Source: the human T2T-CHM13v2.0 reference genome, Homo sapiens
NCBI RefSeq assembly: GCF_009914755.1
Contig: NC_060938.1
Length of the DNA: 64,000 nucleotides
Strand: one strand, 5' to 3'
The first letter of the stretch is position 1; each line of letters starts with the position of its first letter. The notes under the pieces are model-generated. The model saw only the letters and a program-made list of their open reading frames with translations. It did no database searches and was not told where the DNA came from. Both the position numbers and the translations under genes were made by a program. Of this stretch, positions 29,508 through 45,731 are shown piece by piece.

Positions 29508-30024
29508 CCCTTTCCCCGTTTGCCTCGGGAATATTCGCTGGTGGTGCTTGCAGCTGCAGCGTTTACCTCGAGATAACTTTGCCACGAAATATCTCACTTT
29601 TATTATTATTTTCGGATCCCTCTAGTATATGGAATTGGGAAAGAAAAGACATCGTTCTACTGATACCATTCTGTTTTTAGTAGTGGTTTTTCCATTTACA
29701 AAATATAGTACTTCTCAATCACTGAAAATGTCAAATCCTAGGAAATACAGGATTCCTACATGTGAGGTTAATTAACATAGTTCTCGAACAGTTGTTGGCC
29801 GAAGATTCATTTGATGAATCCGATTTTTCTGAAATAGACAATTCTGATGATTCAGATAATTCTGATGTTAGTTCTGTTTAGAAATAACTCCAAGAACAGT
29901 TTTTCTGTTTTATTTTCATATTGAACATCAGTCAGATTTGCTTTAGCCTCAAAGAGCATGTTTATTTAAAATTAAATGAGCGCTGGCAGCGAGCTGCACT
30001 TTTTTTTCCTAAATGGGAAAAGGA
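29508..30024 (+). mobile_element. MER75 non-autonomous piggyBac element, full length
   Basis: TTAA TSD on both sides (29504-29507, 30025-30028). TIRs CCCTTTCCCCGTTT / AAATGGGAAAAGGA. Transposase N-terminal remnant inside. Confidence 0.92.
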
Positions 30025-30224
30025 TTAAATTGTTCCAACTTTGGCCCTTTCAGCTCTCCCCTGTGTCCCTTTGGCAGATTCATGCCCCCCACCTACCGCC
30101 ACCATCACCATCGCCACCTTTATTGGGGGTTAGATGTTTTGTTTTGTTTTTTAGTACCTTCTTACTTTCTGATACTCCAAGATGCACCAGGCTCATCTTT
30201 GATTGATTTATTTCTTTGTCTATT

Positions 30225-30600
30225 ATTTTTAATTGACACATAATTATACATATGTATGGGGTGCAGTGTGATATTTCAGTACATGTGTAAATGTATAATG
30301 ATCAAATCAGAGTAATTAGCAAATCCATCACCTCAAACACTTATCATTGCTTTGTGTGTTGGGAACATTCAAAGTCCTCTCTTCTAGCTATTTGAAAATA
30401 TATAATAAATTATTTTTATTATAGTAACTCTAGTGCTATAGGACATTAAAACTTAGTCCTATCTAGGGTAATTTTGTGTCCTTTAACCAACCTCTGTGTC
30501 TCTCCTCCTCCCCCTTACCCTTACCAGCCTCTAGTAACCACTTTTTTACTCTTCACTTCTATGATACCAACTTGCTTTTTTATTTATTTATTTATTTATT
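30225..30600 (-). mobile_element. L1MA 3' end fragment
   Basis: ttttaattgacacataattatacatatgtatggggtgcagtgtgatattt motif. Confidence 0.8.
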
Positions 30601-30859
30601 TTTAGCTTTCCAGGCTTATCTTCCATTCTGCCCCAGCCCTAGAATCAGCTATTTCTCCCAAGGATCCTAGTTCCTTTTATTGGAGAACAGTACTAGAAAC
30701 CAAGATCTGGGCACTAGGTATGCTCAAGTAGATAATATATTATCCCATCTTATAGAGAAGAAAGCTGCAGCCTTGAATAACTTGCCCAAAGTCACGTGGC
30801 TATTTTACTTCTAACTCTGCTCATTTCACTAGAAAGCATCATCTGTCTGCCTCTCTCTT

Positions 30860-31041
30860 CCTATTTATTAATCTCAAACTAAGCAAAATGTATCCGGGTT
30901 GCAGGAAGAGAGAAGACACTGTGCCCACACAATTCCTACTGCTTGTAAACTATAAAGCATTATAAACATATGATATCTATGTCTATATATATGCATATAC
31001 ATATAGCCATGTAGCTTTGTATTATTCTTTTACAAAAGAAA

Positions 31042-31072
<31 letters not shown>

Positions 31073-32015
31073 TGTGTTCCTAGACACACATGCCATATGC
31101 AGTGAGCAACTACATCAATGGGAATTTGTCCAGGCTCCCTTGCGTTCATCCCCAAGTAGGACCACGGCACACACATGAGCTGAGTCAAGAGTTTCCTGAG
31201 CATCTCTGCCAGGCCTCCAGCAGCCCTGGAGCAAGACGGCAGGTCAGCACTGCTAACAGCACCAGCACCTGCCACCTGGCCTCCCTCTCCCACCTGGGCA
31301 TGCCATCGGCAACCACAACCGAAGTATCAGAGGGAGGACTAAATTCTGGAAATTGCCATGACCTGGCCCGTAATGAAAAAAGATAGGAGACCTGAGAAAT
31401 GAGATGCAGATCTGGCCAGAGGAAATAGGAGAACTGCAGGCCTACAGGTAGGGTTTGGGTCTCTGCTTCCTGTACCAACTCTGAGGACCGTCCAAGGTGG
31501 GCTGCCACCTATGTGCAACTTTGGAGTCCTGGGGCAATCCACCCCTCATCGCTGGTCCTTCCGGCCAGGCCTGGGCCTCTCCCAGTAGTCAGCTCCTTTC
31601 CATTCAGTACTTCTTTTACTTCTGATGCTTCTGGTGAATAAGCCCTGCAGTCTTTTCAGACACACTCAGACCCGGAGTAGCATTCCATCTCCCCAGCCTG
31701 GCTCTGCCCTTGCCGTGTAGGCAGTTTTGGGGTTTGGGTACTACAGTGGAGGGCCTGGGGGTGGGCAGCAATGGCTAATGCACAGGCAGACGCTTGGAGC
31801 CGAGAGCCCTGGGCTGCCTGTTGTGAACAATGACTGAGACCAAACACGACAAGGACAAGGAGGAATCAGGTTGGTGGTACCACAGATGCTTTTGTCCTTT
31901 CCGTAGTCCTCAAACTTTCTTATCATCTCATTGAGGAGAAAGCCCAACAAAAGTGCCATGAATTCATCAGTCATGGGGGAGATAGACTCATTTTCAAGTG
32001 AAGTCTTGGCAAGGA
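30860..32015 (-). pseudogene. Candidate decayed retrocopy or terminal-exon-like segment (parent not identified)
   Basis: Protein-like frame LAKTSLENESISPMTDEF...LLNEMIRKFEDYGKDKSICGTTNL, then UTR-like unique sequence with (CA)n and AATAAA. No poly(A) tail seen. Confidence 0.3.
31042..31075. repeat. (TG)n microsatellite
   Basis: Read directly. Confidence 0.95.
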
Positions 32016-32419
32016 TGAAACCGCCTTTGCAAAAATTATAACTGAGGAAATTATGACAGTGAAAGAGATCAGACCCAACCAACTCCATCTTGCTTCTAAC
32101 CTTTAAGCTGTCCTTGTTCATTCCTGGGCAGAGGACGAACTAATCTTGTGAAGGAATTTAGTTCACGGTTTGACTCTGAAACAATATTGATAATAGCCCT
32201 TTCCCTAAAAGACCCCCTTCTTGTCTGGGGACAAGTCTGCCTTTACAGGATGAACAAACTAGCTACAAGATTAGAAATTACAGTTTAGGGGTCATGCAGC
32301 CTCTGGCTGCAAGAGTCTGAACCTCCCCAAATTGCTCCTGAGGATAACCTCACTATTGTAAAACCTAAGATCAGTGCTTGAGATATTTTGCAGACCCTGC
32401 ACTGGATGGATCAGCTGAC

Positions 32420-32428
<9 letters not shown>
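32016..32428 (+). mobile_element. LTR8-family ERV1 LTR, 3' truncated
   Basis: Starts TGAAACCGCCTTTGCAAAA...CTCCATCTTGCTTCTAACC and breaks at caccaccca. Confidence 0.85.
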
Positions 32429-32573
<145 letters not shown>

Positions 32574-32685
32574 TAATTTCTTTTACAGAAGTTTCTCAAA
32601 TAAGTATCAGGCCCCCACAAAAGTTAGATCTGCCCTGGAGGGAGAATTCAGTAAAATTGTACTGAAGGAATAAAAGAATGAATCA

Positions 32686-32988
<303 letters not shown>

Positions 32989-33332
32989 TCAATCAAAAGT
33001 AATTAGAGTAAAATACAGGCATAAGGAAAATAGTATGTGCAAATACTCTCCTCAGCCTCCGGCTCTGCCTGGACTTTCGGAAGTTTGCTTGATGAGTCAG
33101 CTGTGTTGAGGGGAATCACCTACCTGCTGGCTTTGGCAGGTGCTTTGAGTTTTGGAAGCATTGGAGCCTCAGTCCACAGGATGCACAGGGATTGAAATTC
33201 ACTGGAACTAGAAACAGCCTTTTCTTGGCTTCCCAGCTTGGCCTGCCAGCTTTCTTCTCACCTGCTAATTGAATGAGGTGGCTTGGAAGAGAGAAGTGTG
33301 GAGGGCTTGAGTTAACTCCCGCTCCCAAGCCC

Positions 33333-33630
33333 TTTTTTTTTTTTTTCCCCAGACAGGGCCTCTTGCTCTTTTGCCCAGGCTGGAGCACAGTGAAAACACA
33401 GCTTACTGCAGTCTTGACCTCCCAGGCTCAAGTGATCCTCTTGCCTTAGCCTCCGAGGTAGCTGGGACTATAGTCACGCACCATCACATCCAGCTAATTT
33501 TAAATTTTTTTGTAGAGATGGGGTCTCACTATGTTGCCCAAGCTGCTCTCGAACTCCTGGGCTCAAACAATCTGCCCGCTTAGGCTTCCCAAAGTGCCAG
33601 GATTACAGGCATGAGCCACTGCCGCTGGCC
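33333..33630 (-). mobile_element. AluJ
   Basis: Reverse dimer with poly(T). Confidence 0.9.
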
Positions 33631-33724
33631 TCCCAGGCCCTTTTGACCCAATGGGGAAACAGTAGTTGAGAGTATCCTGGGCAAGTGTCAGTTTTCCTCT
33701 CTGAAAGGGATGAAGGCCCCACTG

Positions 33725-33950
33725 TTTTTTAATAGACTTTGTTTTTTAGAGTAGTTTTAGGTTCACTGCAAAAGTGAGAGGAAAGTGCAGAGAGTTCCCC
33801 TATCCTCTTACCCTCATCCATACAAGCCTCCCCCATTATCCACATCCCCCACCAGACTGGTACATATGTTAAAATTGATGGACCTACACTGGCACACCAT
33901 TATCACCCAAAGTCTATGGTTCACACTGGAGTTCACTCCTGGTGTACACC
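33725..33950 (-). mobile_element. L1MC-like 3' end
   Basis: tttttagagtagttttaggttcactgcaaaa motif. Confidence 0.75.
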
Positions 33951-34441
33951 CTATGAAGACCCCACTTTTTACAGGTTTGTTGTGAGAACTGGACTCTCTA
34001 TCTGAAATTCCCTGGACTTAATTTGTGGCAGTTGTTAAACAATGCTCACTCCCCTCCCGGTTTTCCTTGGAACCTCCCAGTAGTAACCTAATTGAATAGG
34101 AAGTTTGATCCCATTAAAGAGTTGACTCAGCTTAGGGCTGGCATTGTCCAACTTGTGTCACTACTCTGAGAAATGGCCTTGTCTCCAGACCAAAACTCAC
34201 CATAATGTGATCCTGAGGTGGGTCAGTCCATCCCCTATCCTTTGTCTCCTGTTTCAGTCTAAACAATGGAGAAGAAGCCCTGCTGTCTGCCCAGGGAACT
34301 CGTGATAATTGGTGCACTATACCTAAGTGTTTGTCACGTGGTTGCAAACACCACTGTTTCTTCAGGTGGAACACTGTTCTATAAGTTACAGCACTGAGGG
34401 ATTCCACCAGTGTGGTTGGCAAGGGCTGGGCTTTAGTTTGA

Positions 34442-34816
<375 letters not shown>

Positions 34817-34859
34817 AGGTCCAAGAGTTTTCTAATCATCATGAGACCAAATGGGGCAG

Positions 34860-35230
34860 ACACTGCCAGCTGTTCACCAAAACCCATTTCAACCTTCTCT
34901 AATATTAGGGCTACAATTCCTAGCCTTCCTGTGGAGAGCTGTGGCCATATGACCAAGTTCTAACCAACTGTATTGGAGGAAGTTGTGGGTGTCACTTCCA
35001 GGCATGGCTCAGGAAACATTGCTCAGTGCTTCTCCCTTGAGCTTCTTTCTCCTTTGGACTGACTGGAGCCAGGCCTTGATGGCCCATCTTTGACCATGCA
35101 GATGATGATAATGACCTGTACATGGCAAAACCATCTGCTACCATAGATGACTCTATGGAGTAGAGCTCACCTATCCATCTTGGACTGATTTGTGGGAGAG
35201 AAATAAACTCCCTTGTTTGAGTCCTTGCAT
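34860..35230 (+). mobile_element. Old MLT1-type LTR, with end probably resuming at ~36575-36620
   Basis: gtggccatatgaccaagttctaaccaa...gggagagaaataaactcc. Confidence 0.55.
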
Positions 35231-35234
35231 TTTA

Positions 35235-36245
<1,011 letters not shown>

Positions 36246-36263
36246 CATTTTGCATTTTTAGGA

Positions 36264-36615
<352 letters not shown>

Positions 36616-38699
36616 TAACACACGCAAGGTAGACGTGGGAAGAAGGAGGAATGGTATGTGCTTGAAGCTCAGTGGTCATGTTTGTTCCTACACAGCCTGG
36701 CTGCGGGCCTCATGAGGAGGCCTTGGCAGGTAATACTGGTTAATTATCTAATAAAGCAAAGGCAGACGGGGTCAGACAGACCTCAGTATAAATTCCAGAT
36801 CTCCCAAGCCACTAGACCGTGACAAGTCACCTATCCCCTCTGTGTTGGGTTCCCTCCATGTAAAAGGAAGATAATAATGAATGTACCTCGTGGTGTTATT
36901 CCAAGGCTTTAGTAACATGCTGCACAGGGGCACTTGGCATGCTAGAGGCTGGGCACCAGTCACAGCTTGGATTCTAGGGCAGGACTCCTGTTCCTGGAGG
37001 GTGAGCAAGGGAGATGCAGAGCCCCAACCTCTGGACCCTCATTCTTGACCTTTCAGTGGGTTTGGATTAAGAGAATCCTGTCCACCAGCACAGCACTGCA
37101 TCCTTGGGACTGACTTTTCATACAAAGCTGGTGGAAGTTCATGAGGTGAGTTGGAAGTTGACCCAACATGAGCTATGGCACCAGAAGTTCTGATACAAGT
37201 GAGGCTCGGAGTGACCAAAAGAAGTCCCCATTGGAGTTGGGCTGGTGGCAGGAAGCAAGGGGGATCACCCATGAAGGAGGTCCAGGAATCCAGGTAGGAG
37301 ACAGCAAGTGGTTTACTTGGGTGGTCTGGTGATGTTGCTTTAGGGAACACCATGCTTTTTGGAGACATGGGAAGGATCTAGATGTCTAACACTAGGAATT
37401 TGGTTAAATAAGTGATTTGTGTGTGGGTGTACTACTTTGAAGTCATGAAAATGATGCTGAAGGTGGGTGTTAATGTATTGGGAAAGATAATCACCATTTT
37501 TTTTACACCATTAAGGGATAAAGATATATACCTTACATACCTTTATACGTTAGCAATTTGCTTTGTTCCTTAACAAGGGGTGGTCCTTTTTTAGTTAAAA
37601 CTCAGATGCACACCACACACACACACACACACACGAATGGCTGGAAGAATACACTCCAGGGCCCCTGTGGCTATCTCTGGGTAATAAGATAATATAAATG
37701 ATCTTGCTTTTTCTTTCTTCGTGATTATCTGTATTTTCTCAATTCTAACATGCATGAATTTTGTAGTTAGAAATTCGAGTTGGCATTTCACACTACAGGG
37801 TATTTAGACCTGCTCATGGCAAAGGAGGCAGTTTTTAAAGGAAAGGAAATGCACAGTGAAATGGAATTATGCACCCAAATCATTTCTCTTCATTATTAGA
37901 GGTGAATGTGTTTGTCACTGCTAAGCTGTTAAAGATGACACTCACTTCAGACTGTGAAGAACATGGATGAATAACCTGGAAGTGATCCAGGCATCCCTCC
38001 TCACAGGACGGTGTGAGGTTGGAGCTCAGTAAGGCTCAGGCAGGGCCAGAGTAGACGTCAGGGCCTTACATGCCAGCTTGCACATGATGGTGATGTCTGT
38101 GGGGTTAGTTGTCCATTTTCTCTTCATGTGAGGGTTCTGTGGCTGAAAGGATGGGGCCGATTCTCAGACAGCCCCAGAGCACAGGAGAGGCCGGAAGGCT
38201 CGCAGGCAGGCATAAAGGTGGTGCATGTAATGCCTTCCAGAATGCCTATGTACCCAGGAGCAGCTCCAGGGGAATATCAGAGCTGAAAACTGGGTCAATA
38301 AGTGCTTGCTTTTGTTTTAAATCAAAGCAAGTGGATTTTGTATGCTCTGTGTACAAAGAGATTGTTTTTGGTAAAGAAATTAGAAAATGTTGATAAGTTG
38401 CTGTTTTAGAGATGAAGAGTCATGGAACCTTTGCACTGAAAGGAACCTAGGAGAGCATCTAGCCCAACACTCCCGTTTCACAGAAGACTCACCAGAGGCT
38501 CAGAGATGTTAAGAGATTTCTCAAGGTCATGTGTAGTTGGTGGTAGATCAGGGCTGCAATCCAATTCCATGACTTCAAGTTTGTCATTCCTCCTGGCTTC
38601 CCCACTGGTATCAGCTAAGAAGTTTAAAATACAAACTATGTTAATGAGAAAAGTGACGTTCCTAGCCCAACTGAAAGTCCACAGGACGGTGGCCCCTAA

Positions 38700-39250
38700 G
38701 TGTTGTAAGACGGCAGCTCAGCGAGACCTCTGAGGTCCCGGGTTCGTTCACCCCCTCACTGTGCCTTAGTTTCATCCTCAGGCTAGTCCCCCGCATGGTC
38801 ACACGTGCATCGCGGACTTCCCCTGCCGCCTCCATTTAGGTCACGTGCTTACCCCTAGACCAATAACGGCTACCAGGGAAGACCACGCTCTGATGCACTT
38901 ACCCTGACCACCTCCCACCTCCTGAGCTGGGGCTGGGTCTGCAGGGGGGCAGATACCTGAACAAAACTGGAGTTTTGATAACAACAAAGAAAATACAATT
39001 TTACTTAAAGTGATCCAAGGGGACACTGAGTCAGCCATTCATGAAGCTGAACATCATTTCAAGGGACGCTGGCTCCGGTATCATGGTGAACGCCAAGGTG
39101 AAGAGCAGCCGCATGAGATCCCAAAGGAAAGCCCGGGAGTCACACAAGTGGAGTACAGCAGCAAACCCCCTCCACCGCCTGCCCTTGGCTTTGGTCTTGC
39201 CAGGGAACAGCTGATGCCGACTAGATGACGCAACCAGGAAGTGAATATCC
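38700..39250. promoter_or_regulatory. Candidate enhancer (E-box, AP-1, C/EBP-ATF and ETS motif cluster)
   Basis: CACGTG at 38802 and 38842, TGAGTCA at 39027, ATGACGCAA at 39225 abutting CCAGGAAGTG at 39234. CpGs locally retained. Confidence 0.4.
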
Positions 39251-40010
39251 TGTCTGCTCCTTGTTCTGTGCTGTCTGTGTGTCCTAGCTTGCCATCCCAA
39301 ATCAAGGCATCCCTTGAAATCCCCTGGGTCCAAGCATCCAGATGCTCAGTGAACGCAGTGCTCTAACTCCATCTTCCACTTTCCATTAAGAAGTCAATGA
39401 CTCTTATTCAATACAACTCCATCTTCTGCTAACCCCTAAAAGGAATTTACATTCTGCTCATTTCACTTCCCATTATATTGTATTAATTTTCCCATCATTA
39501 AACCTTTTAAACCCAATATTTTCAATGTTTCAATATATTCCATTGAGTTAATAATAGATCTCTACTCTTGCAAAAAGCATTTCTACATTTCAGGGCATTT
39601 ATTTAGACTGTTTCCAAACTTTCCTTTTCATAAACAAATGCTGCCACTCATATTCTTATATCTAAATTTTTATCCTATATCTCTGATATCATTGAGCTAT
39701 ATTTCTAGAAGTGTCTTTCTAGTATGAAGTATAGGAACATTTTCATAAATATTGTTAAATTTCTTTCCATATTTTGGAAGACCATCATTAGAAGGATACC
39801 TGTTACACTGCACACTTGCCAACATTGTAAACCATTGGTCTTTGATCACTGATGCTTTCATGGGTCCCAAATTCTTTTTTCCAAAATGCCATTTTAGTGA
39901 AAGCTCTTATAATTGGCTTATGCCTTTTGTTTTGTTATTCCAAGTGATACATGATACTCTCAGAAGGCTCTCTCCTCTGATTTTCCAACACCCTTTCCCT
40001 TCCTCTCGTA

Positions 40011-40123
40011 AACACACCCTGTTTAGGCTGCAAGTGGTGGAGTCCCTGGAAGCCCACACTTGGAAATCAGCCCAGCACATTTCTAGGGAGCAAGTTTTTC
40101 TGAGAACAGTAATTCCAGCAAGC
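40011..40123 (+). repeat. Diverged ~100-bp dispersed duplicate, copy 1
   Basis: gaaatcagcccagc..atttctagggagc.agtttttctgagaa shared with 42932-43036. Confidence 0.85.
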
Positions 40124-40932
40124 TGAAACTTATTGAGCGTCCTCCGCCTGAGGAAGACACAGTTATCCAGTTGAGTTGGTGTCTTGGGGCCCACACACCT
40201 GGGAGGCAGGTAGGTGCCCACGGCGGGGCTGCAGGAGGCCAGGACAAGCAGTGCTGGGAGATGCTTAGTGTGATAGATGCTTACAAAGACCAGGGAACTG
40301 AAGGTCAAAGGCAGGAATATGGGCGTGAATGAAGCCACAAAGCTACTTCCCAGAACAATTAGGTTGTTGCTGAGAATGATAATAATAATGCAATAATTAT
40401 GATTTACCGTTTACTATTTGCCAGGCATTTTATGTATGTTATTTTGCTTCTTTCCTACAGCAACTCCAGGGGATTTATACTATTTATGTCTCCATTTTGC
40501 AGAGATGTGAAATAATGTTCCTAATGCCACCCAGCAAGTTAGGGGCAGAGGGAAGTTTGAGCCTTGGCCGCCTGGGCCTGTCGTTCCCACTGTGCCCCTC
40601 CTGAGGCGGGAGCCCAGGCAGATGGCTGAATGAGCTGTGGTGAGTGGCAGGCACAGAAGCCACCATCAGGGTTTCTCTGTGAAAAGTGTGTGGGGCTGAG
40701 CCCTCCCACAGAATGCTTCAGGGTGGACCTGGACCATGTGGGGTTTACAAGGATCAAGTTCTGCTAATTAACATCTGTCATGTGAAGCCACAGTACCCCA
40801 CGCTGGGCTGGGTGCAAAACATGGGCCTTGCCCTCTGAGGAGTTTACTCTCTAATAGGGAAGAGGAGAAAGTCCACAGACACCTAGAGGCACCAAAAGAC
40901 TCTTGGAGATTTGCGAAGAAAGTGCTAAGACG

Positions 40933-41242
<310 letters not shown>

Positions 41243-41767
41243 CTAAGACGGGCGTCATAGGGAGTCAGGGAGGTCCTGAAAGAAGGTGGCATTTGAGAAA
41301 CTGAAGAAGAGCTGGGGTGGTTTCGACGGGCAGAAAAGGTGGTGAAGACATGCCTATCAGCTTATCTGTAGCCTGGGAAGGCTACGAGGAAAGCCAGCAA
41401 CGCTTAATTGCTCCAGGACTAAGTGCTGAAGGGGCCTTTTAAAGCCTGGATCTGAGAGATCACTCTTTTGAGTCTCCAACTGGGAACAGTGACTAGTTAA
41501 ACTATCAGTCAAGAAGCTGCCAGCACTTCACTTGGACTGAAAAGCAATTCCCAGTGGAGCCCTTGTGGGCCCAGGGAGATGGGCTTCACAAAATCTCTCC
41601 CACCTGTGGGTCACCAGGCTGGCTCTGTTCCCATGCAATAGGTTGTTGGGAAAATGGTCCTTGCCAGAGTGGCAGATGGCCCTTTTATCAGGACTAGTAC
41701 TTCAGCTGCCAGACTGATTTCTTTTTAAGGTTTATTTTTATTAAAAGCTAAGTGAAGCAGTCTGAGG

Positions 41768-41955
41768 CAGCGCTGTGCAATAGAACTTTCTGTGATGGTG
41801 GAAATGTTCTAGGCTGTGTTCAGTGTGGCAGTCACTAGTCACATGGAGCTATGCAGCAGCTGAAATGTGACATATGCCACCGAGATAATGAATTTTTCAT
41901 TTCACTTAATTTTAATTCATGTATGCTAGTGGCTACTGTATTGGACAGTGTAGGG
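41768..41955. mobile_element. MER3 hAT DNA transposon
   Basis: gcgctgtgcaatagaactttctgtgatg...gctagtggctactgtattggacagtg. Confidence 0.8.
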
Positions 41956-42323
41956 CTGAGTGATCTTGGGATGAAACGAAGAATCATGCAAATTTGCCAA
42001 CAAATTTGCAGAAACAGCTTCTCTAGTCACATGTGATGTTTACAGGGTCCTGGTCATACAGAGTAGGAGAATCTTACACCATGTTTCAAAAGGGGACATG
42101 CAAACATGTATTCCCCTGTCTAATTAATAGGTATGCTATTCTATAGACCCTGTATGCTAGTAATCAGATGCAGGGGTGACCAGCCAACTTGGGTGTGCAA
42201 AGTATAGAACAGAAAAGAAAAGAAATGCTTTGAGATCTGTAACTAAAAATTTCAAGATGTTGCTTTTGATAATTGTGTTGTTGTTGTTACTGTCCTAAAG
42301 ACAGCTATATTTTCCCCCTTTGA

Positions 42324-42737
<414 letters not shown>

Positions 42738-42931
42738 TGAGTGCCTACTGTGTGCCACATGCCCTACATATGTGTATCTTTTATACTCACATAAACACCC
42801 AACAATGGGTATTACTGAGACGATTTGCATTTGAGAAAACTGAAGCCAAGAGGAGGTAAGCAATCATGAGTGCTAAAGTTCCAAATTATGTATTCTTTAT
42901 GTTGAGTCCATCTTTTAGAACACAAGAAAGT

Positions 42932-43036
42932 AACCCCCCTGTAAGCCAGAGGTGGTAAAATCCTTAGAAGCCTGCACTCAGAAATCAGCCCAGCTTATTT
43001 CTAGGGAGCTAGTTTTTCTGAGAATTCCAGCCAGCC
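42932..43036 (+). repeat. Diverged ~100-bp dispersed duplicate, copy 2
   Basis: See 40011-40123. Confidence 0.85.
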
Positions 43037-43968
43037 AATTCTGGAATCTCCGACACCTTAAATTTCCAAATACAAAAAGTAGCTTGACCTGCACTTCACA
43101 TAGTAATCACAGGACTGTAAATGATCAGAGCAGGATGGGAACTTGGAGATCTTCTTGTCAAAATACTTATTTTACAGATGAGACTCTGAAGCCAGTGTTT
43201 ACTATTTGCCAGGCACCACTGACCAGCACCACTGACCAGCAAGTTAGCCTCAGGGGAAGGGGATGGGGCGGGCCAGTTACTTGTAATAACTTATGTTGAA
43301 TCTACCATTTGATTGAGTTCCAGAGTGTAGTCACAGTTAACTGTGCAACCCAAAGTAGTTTCAAAACCCTTGGGAAAACTCCCCCATTACCTCCAAATCT
43401 TCCTAATTCTATTCTTATTCTCTTTCCCCCTCATTCCATAAGATTTTTATTATATACGTTGACATAATTTCTTCCCTAATTCCCCCATCTGTCTAATTTG
43501 CTCCTTTTTGCCCTTTACAAAAAACCAAGAAAACCATATTGTCTGGGCAGATTCTTTCTTTGAAGAGCTGGGGGTCAGGAAAAGGCGAGAGAATGAAAAC
43601 TCTGGCTGGCAAAGCTAGAGCCCTCTGGATCGCTCAGGGTGTGGGCCCAGGCTGAGAACATTCACATGAGCAATTTCCATCCCATCTCAGTACAAAACAC
43701 AAATGTGACATGTGACTAGGGAAGAACAAGAAGTCAGCTATACCTTGCTGTGGTCAGCAGTTAGCGGCCAACCCAATAAGCCATTCCTTCACACCTTTTT
43801 CTTGCTAATAAAACCTTGATTTGATTTGAGTAACAGTGACAGATTCAGATGATGAAACATTACTTGTCTAAGCTAATCATGACTAGCTTGCTCCCTTTCA
43901 CCAGCTAGTTGATTTACCAAGCTCCGTTGCAGCTGGTGGTGGCGATGAGGTCTGGTTTGGCCCAGGAC

Positions 43969-44787
<819 letters not shown>

Positions 44788-45664
44788 GGCAAATAAGGGA
44801 AATTCTGCAGGAGGCCTCTCTAAGCCTTGCTTTTCTGTTAAAAGGAGAAAACGTGGCTGGTGCCTCCCTTTCCTTTATTCTTCCTGACTTGAAAATGGAC
44901 GTGATGACAGGGGCTGTGGCAGCCCTCTTGCAACTACTAAGCCACAAGCATGAGGATGAAAAACTGTATACCAAGGATAATTGAGAGGAAAGAAAGAAAA
45001 AACCTGGGAATTTCATTACACTGTTGAGTTACTAAAATCATCCTAGAACTGTGGACTTCTAGGCTCCTTGTTATGTTAGAACAGTAAGTCCTGCGGGTTT
45101 AAGTCCTGTGAATTGGATCTTATGTTACTCGCACAGTTTATCAGGGTTCTTACTGTATAGAAAATGGGCATGAGCCAAAAAAAGAAAAAGAAGGAAATTG
45201 TGTGACTTAACTTGCAGGGCACAAAAGGGGGTGGGGGCCATGGGACCATAAATAGCTCGCATTCCTAAGGCCTTAGGCAAAGCTAGACTGACTCGAGCTC
45301 TCAGCCCCTCCTCGAAAAGCCTAATTTCTTCATCTGGGGTCTGCAGAGGAAGTGGGGCTTCCAGCAACTCTCACACCTGAGGAGGCAGCCAGACTTCCCC
45401 GGGCAGGTCCTGAAAGGTGGACTCCTGCCACCTGACCACAACTTGAGGCTGGAGACTGAGTTATAAGGGATCCTCTAATCCCCCCTGAAAATTCAGAGAA
45501 ACAGGACTAGCACGTCACCCCGCAGCTTCTCCAGAGGCTGCAGGGGAGGGAAGGCAGTGTCCTCCTCTCTCCAGTCGGGGCAGGGAGCTGCCAGCATATT
45601 CTCTGAGGCAGTGAAGCCCAAGATCCTGTTGTTGAACAAGATAAGTTTCTTTACCTTGCGCCAG

Positions 45665-45731
45665 GCAACGCTCTGCAACCCAGACACTGATGACCTTTGC
45701 AATGCTCTTCATCCCAGACACTGATGACCTT
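45665..45731 (+). repeat. Tandem duplication, 34-bp period, 2 copies
   Basis: gcaa(c/t)gctct(g/t)ca(a/t)cccagacactgatgacctt twice. Confidence 0.9.

Larger units (their letters stand above)
27865..30725 (-). mobile_element. Old L1 (L1MC/MD-like) 3' region hosting Alus, L1PA, MER75 and L1MA inserts
   Basis: ttttagaatagctttagatttatagag start. L1 3' UTR segments continue between the inserts. Confidence 0.7.

Noticed and set aside
29767-29776. TTAATTAA inside MER75 as a transposon excision footprint
   Set aside because: piggyBac excision normally restores a single TTAA, so replication slippage is the simpler explanation.
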